DNA of 61,728 nucleotides, filler included, from Deltaproteobacteria bacterium (GTDB lineage: Bacteria > JAUYMQ01), in NCBI GenBank assembly GCA_030698575.1. It is 12 parts of 12 records of this genome, joined end to end, with 100 filler letters (N's around TTAATTAATTAA, not from the genome) between each part and the next. Parts side by side here need not be neighbours in the genome. Positions count along the whole stretch, not along the records: positions 20,000 to 23,418 come from JAUYMQ010000206.1; positions 23,519 to 27,000 come from JAUYMQ010000207.1; positions 27,101 to 29,818 come from JAUYMQ010000208.1; positions 29,919 to 33,461 come from JAUYMQ010000210.1; 8 more parts are not named here. The stretch is one strand, 5' to 3'. The position numbers and the translations under genes are program-made. Position 1 is the stretch's first letter. Each line of letters opens with the position of its first letter. The notes under the pieces were generated by a model that made no database searches, was not told the origin of the DNA, and saw only the letters and a list, made by a program, of their open reading frames with translations. Shown in pieces: positions 21,829 to 31,258 of the stretch.

Positions 21829-22755
21829 GTGCCCCCGATCCAGTTCGGCGCCTCCCTCGCAACCCAGCCGCCCGAGCGGCAGCTCGCGCTGGCTCAGCGT
21901 GTCGATGAGCTCGGCTTCGACTCCCTCTGGACTGGCGACCACATCTCCTTCCACAACCCGCTCTACGAGTCGCTCACGCTGCTGGCGGTCTACGCGGGGA
22001 TCACGAAGCGCGTCAGGCTCGGCACCGCCGTCTATCTGCTGGCCCTGCGGCACCCCACGGTGGTGGCCAAGATCACGTCCACGCTGGACGTGCTCTCCGG
22101 CGGACGGCTCATCTTCGGCGTCGGCGTGGGCGGGGAGAACCCCAAGGAGTTCGAGGCCTCCGGTGTGCCCTACACCGAGCGCGGCGCGCGCGTCACCGAG
22201 GGCATCGAGGTGATCCGGACCCTCTGGCGCGACACCCCGGCCTCCTTCACGGGGCGCTTCACCCGGTTCGAGTCGGTGAGCATCGACCCCAAGCCCGCGC
22301 AACAACCGGGCCCTCCCATCTGGATCGGCGGGCGCTCCGACGCCGCGCTGGCGCGGGCAGGACGCCAGGGTGACGGCTGGATGTCCTATGTGATCCAGGC
22401 GAAGCGCTACGCCGAGAGCCTGGTGAAGATCTGCGCCGCCGCCGACGGGGCGGGCCGCTCGCTGAACGGGTTCGTGCCGGCGCATCTCACGTTCATCACC
22501 ATCGGCAACGACCACGAGGCGGCGCGGGCTCTGTGGGTGGAGCGGCTGAGCCAGCGCTACGCCCAGGACTTCGGCCCGCTCGCCGAGAAGTACGGGATCA
22601 TCGGCACCGTGGCCCAGTGCGCCGAGCAGATGGAGGCCTTCGTCCGGGCGGGCTGCCGGTACTTCGTGATGAATCCCATCTGCCGCCCCGAGGATCAGCG
22701 CGAGCAGCTCGAGGCCATCGCCGCCGAGATCATCCCGCGCTTCCGGAATCACTAG
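21829..22755 (+). CDS. LLM-class (luciferase-like) flavin/F420-dependent oxidoreductase
   Basis: GFDSLWTGDH, LDVLSGGR, PPIWIGG and DGW motifs. Confidence 0.9.
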   Translation: MPPIQFGASLATQPPERQLALAQRVDELGFDSLWTGDHISFHNPLYESLTLLAVYAGITKRVRLGTAVYLLALRHPTVVAKITSTLDVLSGGRLIFGVGVGGENPKEFEASGVPYTERGARVTEGIEVIRTLWRDTPASFTGRFTRFESVSIDPKPAQQPGPPIWIGGRSDAALARAGRQGDGWMSYVIQAKRYAESLVKICAAADGAGRSLNGFVPAHLTFITIGNDHEAARALWVERLSQRYAQDFGPLAEKYGIIGTVAQCAEQMEAFVRAGCRYFVMNPICRPEDQREQLEAIAAEIIPRFRNH

Positions 22756-22758
22756 CCG

Positions 22759-23418
22759 GTGGCCTCGAAGCCCCGCCAGTGCCGGGCCGAGGTCATCGCG
22801 GTCCGTGCGCTCACCCGCGACGTGATCGAGGTGGACCTGCGCATGGTCGAGCCCGAGGCGCTCGACTTCCAGGCCGGCCAGTGGGTGTCCGTCCCCTTCG
22901 GGCCGAAGAACGTGCGCCCCTACAGCCTGGCCTCTTCACCCACGCGAAGGGGAACAATCACCTGGGCAGTCGACGTGGCGCCCGCCGGCCTGGGGTCGGA
23001 GTGGGTGCGCTCGCTCAAGCCGGGCGACCCCGTCCAGTTCAAGGGGCCCACCGGCGGCTTCGTCTTCACCCGCGCGGACCCGCGGCGCGCGCTGTTCGTC
23101 GCGGAGGAGATCGGCATCGTGCCCATCCGCTCCATCCTCACCGACCTTTACGAGACCGGCTACGGGCGGCCCAGCGCGCTCATCTTCTGGGCCCGCGATC
23201 CCTCGTGGCTGGTCTACGACGCGGAGTTCCGCTCGCTGGCGCGGCGCTACCCGTCCTTCTCCTACTTCCCCGCGGTGCGCGAGGCGCCTCCCGCCTGGCG
23301 TGCCGAGAAAGGCGAGGCCCATGAGGCAGTGGACCGGCTCATGCACAGCGTGGACCGCCTGCTCGTGTACGTCTGCGGTGGCGAGGCGACCATCAAGCAG
23401 GTGCGGGAGGTGCTGGTC
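22759..23418 (+). CDS. ferredoxin-NAD(P)+ reductase-like FAD-binding oxidoreductase (3' partial)
   Basis: AGQW, RPYS, GPTG, degenerate NAD-binding loop (AEEIGIVP) and YVCG. Confidence 0.8.
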
Positions 23419-23518
23419 NNNNNNNNNNNNNNNNNNNNNNNNNNNNNNNNNNNNNNNNNNNNTTAATTAATTAANNNNNNNNNNNNNNNNNNNNNNNNNN
23501 NNNNNNNNNNNNNNNNNN

Positions 23519-23601
23519 AACGCCAGCCAGAAATCCGTCTGGATTACAGTCTCCGTCGCCAGGAGCACCGCGCCCACAGCCAGCCAAACCCACCAAGGCA
23601 T
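23519..23601 (-). CDS. NfeD/YbbJ-like membrane protein, N-terminal fragment
   Basis: MPWWVWLAVGAVLLATETVIQTDFWLA; GGAGG RBS upstream. Confidence 0.6.
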
Positions 23602-23781
23602 CGCGATACCCTCCCCGCGGATCGATTTCGACTTCTAGCTCGACCTCCGGGCCAGTTACAGCATCTTATCAGCTATCCGGAGGCGTCGTCTAATTTTCCG
23701 CCAACGGTGTGAGCGACGGGAGGCGCCGCATCACCCATGGGGGCTGCCCGAGGCAGCGGCCGTCCCCACCGGCGGGCCTCG

Positions 23782-24174
23782 TCAGGTTTGCTTGCCGAGC
23801 ACCTCGATGGTTTGCCGGATTCGCTCCTTCTCCTGCTCTGCAAGTGAGGGGCGCCCCAGGATATCCCTGTACTCGTTCAGGCTCTCGCGATGCTTCCCCT
23901 GGCGCGCGTAGTAGGCCGCGCGCTGCTCCGCCACATAGTAACGCCCGTGCCGCGTCTCGTAGTCGATGCCCGCCGCGTACCACATCAACGCTTCCCCGTC
24001 GCTCTCCAGTTTTTCATAAACGACCGCCAGGTTGAAGCACATCATCGCCTTGTCGATGTCGGAGATGTCGGTCGAGAGCAGATCGCGGAGTGCACTGATG
24101 GCCCCCTCATGATCACCCGCGTCGACGAGGCTGGAGGCGTCCTGCGCGCGCTGGACGTATTCGTCGTATTTCAC
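23782..24174 (-). CDS. TPR-like helical hypothetical protein
   Basis: GGAGG RBS; FNLAVVYEKL..AL.WY helical-repeat pattern. Confidence 0.65.
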   Translation of the reverse strand: MKYDEYVQRAQDASSLVDAGDHEGAISALRDLLSTDISDIDKAMMCFNLAVVYEKLESDGEALMWYAAGIDYETRHGRYYVAEQRAAYYARQGKHRESLNEYRDILGRPSLAEQEKERIRQTIEVLGKQT

Positions 24175-24209
24175 AGGCCCTGTTCCTCCATGTCCGCCTT
24201 CACGGGCGG

Positions 24210-24899
24210 CTACCAGATGCCGTGGAACACGCGGTAGGGGGTCTTCTGCATGTAGGCCCGGTACCGCCCGCCCCGCGACTTGATGAGCTGGTGCTCCTCA
24301 AAGGGAATGAAACCGAGGAACGAGGCGGTCACCATGATCGCGAAGAGCAATTGCCCCGCGTTCGGATGGATGATGAGGGAGCTAAAGGTGATGTAGAAAG
24401 CGGCGCGGTACATCGGATGGCGGACGCTCCCGTAGGGCCCCTCGGTCATGAGGGGCGTCTCTGCGCCGACCGTATGCGAGAGCTCTGTTCCCGGCAACCC
24501 CACCAGACTGCCCAGCCCCTCGAAGGTTGCGAACTCAAAGAACGCCACGACCGAGAGCAGCACCCCGCAGAGGCCGATGAACTGGATCCAGGCGGGTGGA
24601 ACGAAACCGAATCCGCCGACCGGCTTGTGAATGATGAACAGCCCCACCCAGGTCACCACCGTGACACCGATGTAGATCCGCCGCTCGCGGGGGTTCCCCC
24701 CGGCGTCCCCGAAGGCGGCCTTCTTGAAGGCAGGCATCGTCATCACGATGTGGATAGAGATAAAAATCGCGTAGAGGATAACATTGAAGATCGCGTTTCC
24801 CGCGGGCGCGTCGGGGGCGAGCCGGAAGCCCGTGATGAATGCGGCGGTGAAGGTCATGAGGCCGAGATGGGAAAACAGCCAGTAGAACTTGTCGAACAT
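24210..24899 (-). CDS. membrane SAM methyltransferase, ICMT/PEMT family (MddA-like)
   Basis: Multiple TMs; GPYGSVRHPMY; EExxL..YxxYxxxTP; N-terminal HxxMxxPxFK..ERRxY pattern. Confidence 0.75.
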   Translation of the reverse strand: MFDKFYWLFSHLGLMTFTAAFITGFRLAPDAPAGNAIFNVILYAIFISIHIVMTMPAFKKAAFGDAGGNPRERRIYIGVTVVTWVGLFIIHKPVGGFGFVPPAWIQFIGLCGVLLSVVAFFEFATFEGLGSLVGLPGTELSHTVGAETPLMTEGPYGSVRHPMYRAAFYITFSSLIIHPNAGQLLFAIMVTASFLGFIPFEEHQLIKSRGGRYRAYMQKTPYRVFHGIW

Positions 24900-24991
24900 G
24901 GGGTGTCCTCCGTGACATCAGGGATCCGGATCTGCGGAAGAAGTCTGACAGGAGTTGCTTCAGGTCACGCAGAACGGGGGCGACTTTCGCA

Positions 24992-26530
24992 TCAATCGAG
25001 AACCTTGTAGAGCCGCCAGGGATCGGGCACGCCTTTCAGCGCCTGTTCGCCGAGGTCCTCGAAGCGCAGGCCCGCGCCCGCCGCAAGATCCTTCACCGTC
25101 GAGCTGACGAGCAGCTCTCCGGGCTTCGCCTGGCCCTGGATGCGCGCCGCGACGTGCACCGCCATGCCGGCCAGCTTGGCGCCATCGACCTCGCATTCGC
25201 CGGTATGCACGCCCGCGCGGATATCGACTCCCAGCTTGCTTGCGGCGGTGCGCGCTGCGCGGGCGGCGGCGATCGCCGAGCCCGGCGAATCAAAACGCAC
25301 AAAGAAGCCGTCGCCGGCGGTGTCGAGCTCCGTCCCGTTGTAGCGCGACACCTCGCGGCGGATCGCGACGCGCTGCTCCTCGAGCAGCGCGCGCCAGCCC
25401 GCATCGCCGAGCCGCTCGGCGTGCGCCGTCGAGTCGACGATGTCGGTGAAGAGCAGCGTCGCCAGCACGCGCTTCGGCTCCGTCTGGCGCCGGCGCGAGC
25501 GCTGCGAGAGGTCGAGCCGCCTGACCGCCCCCGTGGTAATGGCGACGAGTTGCCCGTCGGCGTCATGGATCCGCGTCTCTCCGAGGAACAAACCGGGAGT
25601 GTGTTCCACCGTGCGGTTCTCGGCCACGAGCCGGCGGCCGTCGGCGACGACGGGGCGCAGAAAGCGCGTGTTGGCATCCAGGCCCACGACCGACGTTCCC
25701 GCCTTCTGGATCGTGTGCGCGCAGCCCCAGCCGGCCATATCGCCGAAGCCTGCGATGGCGCCCGACGACAGATGTCGGTCCGTCCAACAGAACCACTCGC
25801 TGGCCGGCATTGTCAGTACAATGCGACCCTCGTCTACTTCCTCGAACAGCAGCCCATAGAGAACGGCGACCGGGTCGCTCAGGGTCCCCGCCCGGACCCC
25901 CGCCGCGAACTCCCGCATGACCTCGAGCCCGTCCCTCTGATCCCAGGCGGTCGAGGCAAGATCGGTCCGGTAGTTTCGAAGATAAGGATCGGGCGTCTGG
26001 TAGACCGGCTCGTCCACCGGCGGCAGCGGGTCGGGCGGCGGCGGGGGCGCGAGCTCGACGCGGCGGATGGCCGCCTGCAGGGTGCCCTGCGCCACGTGCC
26101 TTCCCTCGGGATCCTCGAGCTGCAGCTCGGCGAAGACGAAGCGCCGGCCGCTGTTCAAGATGCGCGCGCGGGCGAGCAGATTCCCCGGCTGCGCGCGAGC
26201 GGGGCGAAAGGGATTGATGGCGAAGAGGAGCGGGTCGGCAACCTGACCCGCCAGCAGGGCCGACGTGCAGGCGCCTTCGAGCGCCCCGACCATCAGCGGG
26301 ATGACCTCGAGCTGGCCGTTGCTGGTTATCGAGGCCTCGGTGGCGGGCATGGTCACCGTGACCGCGCCCGGCACAACGTGCGTGGTCCGCAGGCCGAGCA
26401 GCCGCGAAATGGGGGGCCAGGGGAAGAGCCCCTGGCTCCAGGTGCGCATGCGTTCGATGCCCGAAAGCGCCTGGAACCACGGCGGCGGCGTCCGTCCTCG
26501 GACGGGCTCGTCAGGGATCGTCGGAATCAT
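24992..26530 (-). CDS. fusion of two PaaI-like hotdog domains and a class III adenylate/guanylate cyclase
   Basis: Two hotdog-like repeats (each ending in DxxGxxVA); C-terminal LLFTDIVDST, TAGDG, GVHTGE and AVHVAARI; AGGA RBS before the ATG at 26530. Confidence 0.85.
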   Translation of the reverse strand: MIPTIPDEPVRGRTPPPWFQALSGIERMRTWSQGLFPWPPISRLLGLRTTHVVPGAVTVTMPATEASITSNGQLEVIPLMVGALEGACTSALLAGQVADPLLFAINPFRPARAQPGNLLARARILNSGRRFVFAELQLEDPEGRHVAQGTLQAAIRRVELAPPPPPDPLPPVDEPVYQTPDPYLRNYRTDLASTAWDQRDGLEVMREFAAGVRAGTLSDPVAVLYGLLFEEVDEGRIVLTMPASEWFCWTDRHLSSGAIAGFGDMAGWGCAHTIQKAGTSVVGLDANTRFLRPVVADGRRLVAENRTVEHTPGLFLGETRIHDADGQLVAITTGAVRRLDLSQRSRRRQTEPKRVLATLLFTDIVDSTAHAERLGDAGWRALLEEQRVAIRREVSRYNGTELDTAGDGFFVRFDSPGSAIAAARAARTAASKLGVDIRAGVHTGECEVDGAKLAGMAVHVAARIQGQAKPGELLVSSTVKDLAAGAGLRFEDLGEQALKGVPDPWRLYKVLD

Positions 26531-26645
26531 TGATTGTCCTCTGGGAAGATCCTCTGAAAGAGCACGGCGGCGCATCCGCGTTACGACGTATCGACGCTAC
26601 CTATCACGAATCAGCGTGGGTGAACAGGCGGGCCCGTGACGTCCG

Positions 26646-27000
26646 TCACGCCGAGCCACTCGGGCGCGAGACGACGCCGCGCGGCGTGAGAACACCCAGC
26701 ACGATCGCGACGAGAAAAAGGGCCGCCACATCTCCGGGCAGATGTCCGCGCTCCATCGGATCGACGATCGCCTGCACGGCCATGATGCCGCCGTGGACGA
26801 CGCTGGACCAGACGGTGAACCAGATGAGGCTCAGGTGCGCTTCCGGGTTTCGCGACGCCCGCAAGAGGAAGATGCCGAGCGTTGCGTAGATGCCGACGAT
26901 CATCTGCTCGTACTCCTGCTGGCCGGGCTTCCACGCCCAGCCGGAGGGCCAGAGCATCATGAGCGGGTAGACCAGCAGAAAGGCAATCCCGAAGACAACC
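26646..27000 (-). CDS. small membrane protein, DUF6632-like (5' partial)
   Basis: WPSGWAW..YEQMIVGIYATLGIFLL..SLIWFTVWSSVVHG pattern, family recognised from memory. Confidence 0.7.
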
Positions 27001-27100
27001 NNNNNNNNNNNNNNNNNNNNNNNNNNNNNNNNNNNNNNNNNNNNTTAATTAATTAANNNNNNNNNNNNNNNNNNNNNNNNNNNNNNNNNNNNNNNNNNNN

Positions 27101-27739
27101 CCGCGGGCGCGGGAGGCGCTCGCGGAGGCGGCCTCCGAGTCCTGGCGACCGGCGGCGCGCGCGTCATTCACCCTACTCTGCACCCTCGCGGCGCTCGCCG
27201 TCTTTTCGCTCAAGTCGATGCCGAACTTCTACAGCCGCTACCGCGTTGCCCTGGCTCCCGAGGGCATCCGGATCGAACCGACGCCGAAGGAGTGGCTCGA
27301 GCTTCCCCGGGCCGACATCTATTTCCCGATTCACCTGGAGCAACACCGCCTACAAGTCATCGACTTCCGGGCGCTGACACGGTACCTGCTCGCCTCGACG
27401 CGCCCCGACGAGCCTATCTTCGCATTCCCTGCGCTGGCGATGCTCTACTTCGTGACCGGCCGCGACAATCCCACGCACCAGGACTACTTCTTCGGGAACA
27501 ACGTGACCTACGAGGAGCAGCTCGAGGTGATCCGCACGCTCGATCGGGTCCGGGTCCCGAAGGTCGTCGTCGTCAACTATCCGAACGACTACTTCACGAT
27601 AAAAGGGAAGGATTTCACCCGGCTGATACGCAGCTATCTCGAACGGAACTACTATCTCGAGAAGCGGATCGGGCCCTACGACGTGCTTCAGCGTTACGGG
27701 GCCTCCATGGGTGGACTGCCCCCGGATGATGGATTATGA
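27101..27739 (+). CDS. C-terminal part of a membrane protein (possibly GT-C glycosyltransferase-like), 5' partial
   Basis: TM helix followed by T.PDEPIFAFP..LYF..GR.NP and YLERNY. Confidence 0.55.
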   Translation, partial: PRAREALAEAASESWRPAARASFTLLCTLAALAVFSLKSMPNFYSRYRVALAPEGIRIEPTPKEWLELPRADIYFPIHLEQHRLQVIDFRALTRYLLASTRPDEPIFAFPALAMLYFVTGRDNPTHQDYFFGNNVTYEEQLEVIRTLDRVRVPKVVVVNYPNDYFTIKGKDFTRLIRSYLERNYYLEKRIGPYDVLQRYGASMGGLPPDDGL

Positions 27740-27770
27740 TGCTCATTTTCCCGGGTCCAGGAGCGGCTTC

Positions 27771-29255
27771 GTGAAGCGAAGGAAGGGAGGGCTTCTCGCC
27801 AATCTGGCCCTGGCGATGATGGGACTGCTTCTCGCCTTCGCCGTTCCCGAGGCGATCCTGCGGTGGGCTCAACCGTCCTTCACACAGGATATGTTCGGGA
27901 CGGCCCGTGACCATCTGCCGGGCCTCCAGGCAATGGTGGCCGACACCGAGCAATACACCCGGGAACACGACATCCGACAGCCCCCGTCGTTCATCGCCCC
28001 GAGCGATCTCATCTGGTCCCTCAAGCCCGGCTACGACGAGATCATCACGCGCATACCGTGGGTCGAGGGAGAGACGCGCACCTATCGCGTCCATGTGAAC
28101 GCGCTGGGTTTCCGGGGCGACGAGATCGCCCCCGAGAAAAAGTTCGGCGCGCTCCGCGTCGTCTGCCTGGGCGATTCGATCATTTTCGGCGACAAGCTCG
28201 ACGGGGGCGATACGATTTCCGTCCGCATGGCGGAGATCCTCGCTGCCCGCTCGCCGGGCCGCCCCGTCGAGCTCATCAACGCCGGCGTGCCGGGCTACTC
28301 CTCCCGCCAGGGCCTCGCACTCTGGCGGCAGCGCATCGGCATTCTGAAGCCCGACGTGGTCATCATCGCCTTTGGCTTCAACGATCGATGGCCCTCGAAC
28401 GTCGAGGACAGCGAAAGCTTCGCGCCGGACATTCCCGTCGTCGGCGCGCTCATCGGCGCGCTTCGGAGCACCGAGACCTACCGCGCCCTCCGGGCGCTCA
28501 TCCTCGGCGCCCGCCGCCGGCTCGAGCCGGCGCGGGAGAAGAGCGCAGGCGCGAAGATCACCGGGACGCGGGTTCCCATCGCCGACACGGAGCGGAACAT
28601 CCAGGCGCTCGTCAGGGAAGTCCACGCTGCAGGCGCGATTCCCGTGGTGGTGCACACGGCCCGGGGCGAAGCGGTAGTGGGTGAAGCCCTGGCCCGCGTG
28701 GCCCACGAGGAGGGCGCCGCCTTCGTGGACGCCGCCGGGGCGCTGGAGGAGGCGCGGGTCGCGCGCCAGCGGTCGGTGGCGGCGTCGCTGGGTGTCACCC
28801 AGCCCTGCCCCGATCCGGGCGACGTCCGGTCGGGGGTGGTGTTCCGCGTCCGGCTTCCGCCCGCCATCCCCCGGGAGGGCGATCTCGTGTTGCGGACCGC
28901 CGGCGACGTGGGGCTCAGGAAGATTGCCCTCGCGGACGATGGTCGGGGGTGCGACGAGGCCGCCGGCGATAGCGTCTGGAGCGGGCGGATCGAGGCAGAT
29001 GCGGGAGCGCGGATCCATTACGTTTACGCGCAGCGTCGCCCGGGGGGCTTCGAGGTGGATGAGTTCGCGGGTTTCCCCTGGGTCTGGCGAACGCGGGTGG
29101 CGGGGCCGGTGCCGGGAGAGGCAGGACCCGCCACCGTCGAGACCTACAACCGCTTCGACTTCCTAAGCGAGGAGATCCACCCCGACGCCGAAGGGGCGGC
29201 GCTGATCGCCCGCGCGATCGCGAAAGCGATCCCCCTGGAGGAGCTTGGTCCATGA
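27771..29255 (+). CDS. SGNH/GDSL hydrolase with N-terminal TM anchor and an inserted DDG-motif domain
   Basis: NALGFRG; GDS (block I); NAGVPGY (II); GFND (III); EEIHP (V); AGGAG RBS before the GTG. Confidence 0.82.
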   Translation: MKRRKGGLLANLALAMMGLLLAFAVPEAILRWAQPSFTQDMFGTARDHLPGLQAMVADTEQYTREHDIRQPPSFIAPSDLIWSLKPGYDEIITRIPWVEGETRTYRVHVNALGFRGDEIAPEKKFGALRVVCLGDSIIFGDKLDGGDTISVRMAEILAARSPGRPVELINAGVPGYSSRQGLALWRQRIGILKPDVVIIAFGFNDRWPSNVEDSESFAPDIPVVGALIGALRSTETYRALRALILGARRRLEPAREKSAGAKITGTRVPIADTERNIQALVREVHAAGAIPVVVHTARGEAVVGEALARVAHEEGAAFVDAAGALEEARVARQRSVAASLGVTQPCPDPGDVRSGVVFRVRLPPAIPREGDLVLRTAGDVGLRKIALADDGRGCDEAAGDSVWSGRIEADAGARIHYVYAQRRPGGFEVDEFAGFPWVWRTRVAGPVPGEAGPATVETYNRFDFLSEEIHPDAEGAALIARAIAKAIPLEELGP

Positions 29256-29818
29256 ATGTGAACACGCAGCCGTCCCCGGTCGTACAGGATCGCTCGATCT
29301 TTGCAGGCGTGTTCCTGGTGAGCATGGCCGTCCTGATCCTCCAGATCGCGCTGACGCGAATCTTTTCCTTTTCCCTCTGGTATCACTTCGCCTACGTGAC
29401 GATCAGCGTCGCGCTTCTGGGCTACGGTGCCAGTGGGGCCATTCTCGCCGTGGCGCCCGGCATCGCGGGACGGCAGCCGGCCCGTCGGCTCTCGCTCTAT
29501 GCGCTTCTCTGCGGCCTGTCGATCGCGGTATCGCTCCTCGTCTTCGCGAAGGTGCCCTTTCATCCCTTCCAGGTGCGCATTAATCCGGCCCAGCAAATTC
29601 CCTACCTTCTCATCTATTACGTGGCCGTCACGACGCCGTTCTTCTTCGCGGGGCTCTGCATCTCGCTCGCCCTCAAAACGCTCTCGCACCGGGTGAGCCG
29701 GCTCTACTTCTTCGATCTGCTGGGCGCCGGCGTGGGCTGTTTCCTCGTGGTGTTCATCATCTGGGCGCTCTCGACCCCGGGCGCCGTGATCGCGTCGGCC
29801 GTGATCGTCTCGCTCGCC
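29252..29818 (+). CDS. membrane domain of a spermidine-synthase-like / methyltransferase fusion protein (3' partial)
   Basis: LTRIFS..LWYHFAY..SVALLGYGASG, PFFFAG and LYFFDLLGAGVG. Confidence 0.75.
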
Positions 29819-29918
29819 NNNNNNNNNNNNNNNNNNNNNNNNNNNNNNNNNNNNNNNNNNNNTTAATTAATTAANNNNNNNNNNNNNNNNNNNNNNNNNN
29901 NNNNNNNNNNNNNNNNNN

Positions 29919-30141
29919 AGGCATGGAGATCCTCCCACCGCCGCGTTTCCCGCTTCATCTGCCGATCAAGCCGCCAGCCGATGAGTGCCCCCACGGGGAG
30001 ATTCACGGCCAGCGCCAGCCAGTAGCCCACCCACGAGCCGACGAAGACCCAGGAGACGAGGAGGGCAACCGTGCTGGACCATGCGGCGACAGAGAGCATG
30101 CTGGCGATCACAATGGCCACCTGTTGACGGGAGGCGCTCAT
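29919..30141 (-). CDS. small 2-TM hypothetical protein (3' partial)
   Basis: MSASRQQVAIVIAS...; starts 2 nt after the upstream stop. Confidence 0.5.
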
Positions 30142-30143
30142 TA

Positions 30144-30278
30144 TCAATCCCTATCCAACGCGTCATCGACAAGTTGCTCTAGCCTTTCTGCCGTTGAACG
30201 CAGCAATGCACGGGCCTCAGGGTCAGTCATCTTTTCCGCCAATCCGTATAACGCCTTGGCGCGCTCGCTATCTGTCAT
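30144..30278 (-). CDS. 44-aa hypothetical protein
   Basis: Hand translation MTDSERAKALYGLAEKMTDPEARALLRSTAERLEQLVDDALDRD; fills the gap exactly; GAGG upstream. Confidence 0.5.
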   Translation of the reverse strand: MTDSERAKALYGLAEKMTDPEARALLRSTAERLEQLVDDALDRD

Positions 30279-30293
30279 CGCGCATTGCTTCCT

Positions 30294-30452
30294 CTATTGA
30301 CCGCGCCAAGTGAGGGCTACCCCAAGAACGAAGAATCCTAGGAAAGGAAGACTCGCTACTAAGCTTACCAGCGGGCTGGGATGCACGGCTCGCACCGCTA
30401 GAAGACCAACCCACAAGACCACAGAAATCACGATGGCCATCTCGCTTGTCAT
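30294..30452 (-). CDS. 52-aa 2-TM hypothetical protein
   Basis: MTSEMAIVISVVLWVGLLAV...FLGFFVLGVALTWRGQ; GGAG upstream. Confidence 0.45.
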   Translation of the reverse strand: MTSEMAIVISVVLWVGLLAVRAVHPSPLVSLVASLPFLGFFVLGVALTWRGQ

Positions 30453-30624
30453 TATCGCCATCTCCATCGCCGCGAATCGGCCGATGAGTCCTCCCCCACG
30501 AGCTTCCGCAGGATCGCCCACAACGCCTCCACCGGTACGCCGACGCGGGCGAGAGAGACGAGGGCCTCCGACCACGGCGCCGTAAGGCGATACTGGACGG
30601 GCGCCAAAGGCCGGAGGAGGCGCA

Positions 30625-30879
30625 TCACGGCAGGCGTCGGACGCCGAGATGGTACTCAACATCGTACCCCTCAATCGACACGACCCAACGGTTTCGCGGG
30701 TGCCCATGGTTCCTCATCATCCGAGCCCGCTGGTATGCCCCACGCCACTGCGCCCGAGCCGCGCCGGATTCTCGGGCCGACCAACCGTCAGTCTCAAGCA
30801 GCGAGATAGCCAGTTCCTCAGAACTGCCGAGATCGAACGCGTTGAACCGCTGCCCGCCAGCGTTATGGATCGGCATCAT
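30625..30879 (-). CDS. hypothetical phage protein
   Basis: Overlaps the upstream ORF on the same strand; no recognisable motif. Confidence 0.4.
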   Translation of the reverse strand: MMPIHNAGGQRFNAFDLGSSEELAISLLETDGWSARESGAARAQWRGAYQRARMMRNHGHPRNRWVVSIEGYDVEYHLGVRRLP

Positions 30880-31258
30880 TCAACCCCAGCCGTCCCCGCG
30901 TCCCCGCCCAGCACTCGTCAATCTCCTCCACCGGCATCACGCACGCCGCGAGGCGCCGGAAGCCAGGAGCGTCACCGGCCCGGGCGAGGTCGGTGAGTTC
31001 CTTGGCTATGTTGTCCTCCCACGGCGTGACTGGGGTCACTGAAGGCGGGCCGAGGCTGGCAGCGAGCGCAGCTCGGTCAATGCGGAGCGACTCAATCGTC
31101 GACAGGTTCGTTGCGTCCGGCTCGTCCGACTCGAATACCGGCGGAGGCCATCCAGGCAGGGGACCCAACGCTGCCCCCGCCTGCTCGAATAGCTCGAATA
31201 GCCGTACAGCATTGCATGGCTGCCACGTGTCGGCGCCTGACTCTGGCTCGTGAATCAT
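30863..31258 (-). CDS. hypothetical phage protein
   Basis: ATGA overlap with the terS stop. Confidence 0.55.
   Translation of the reverse strand: MIHEPESGADTWQPCNAVRLFELFEQAGAALGPLPGWPPPVFESDEPDATNLSTIESLRIDRAALAASLGPPSVTPVTPWEDNIAKELTDLARAGDAPGFRRLAACVMPVEEIDECWAGTRGRLGLNDADP

Noticed and set aside
20157-21908. 583-aa ORF as a novel protein
   Set aside because: Only the first ~55 aa are protein-like. The rest is an Arg/Gly-rich off-frame reading of the aldolase/SDR gene.
30294-30452. Holin call for the small 2-TM phage ORFs
   Set aside because: Hydrophobicity alone is insufficient, and there is no adjacent endolysin.
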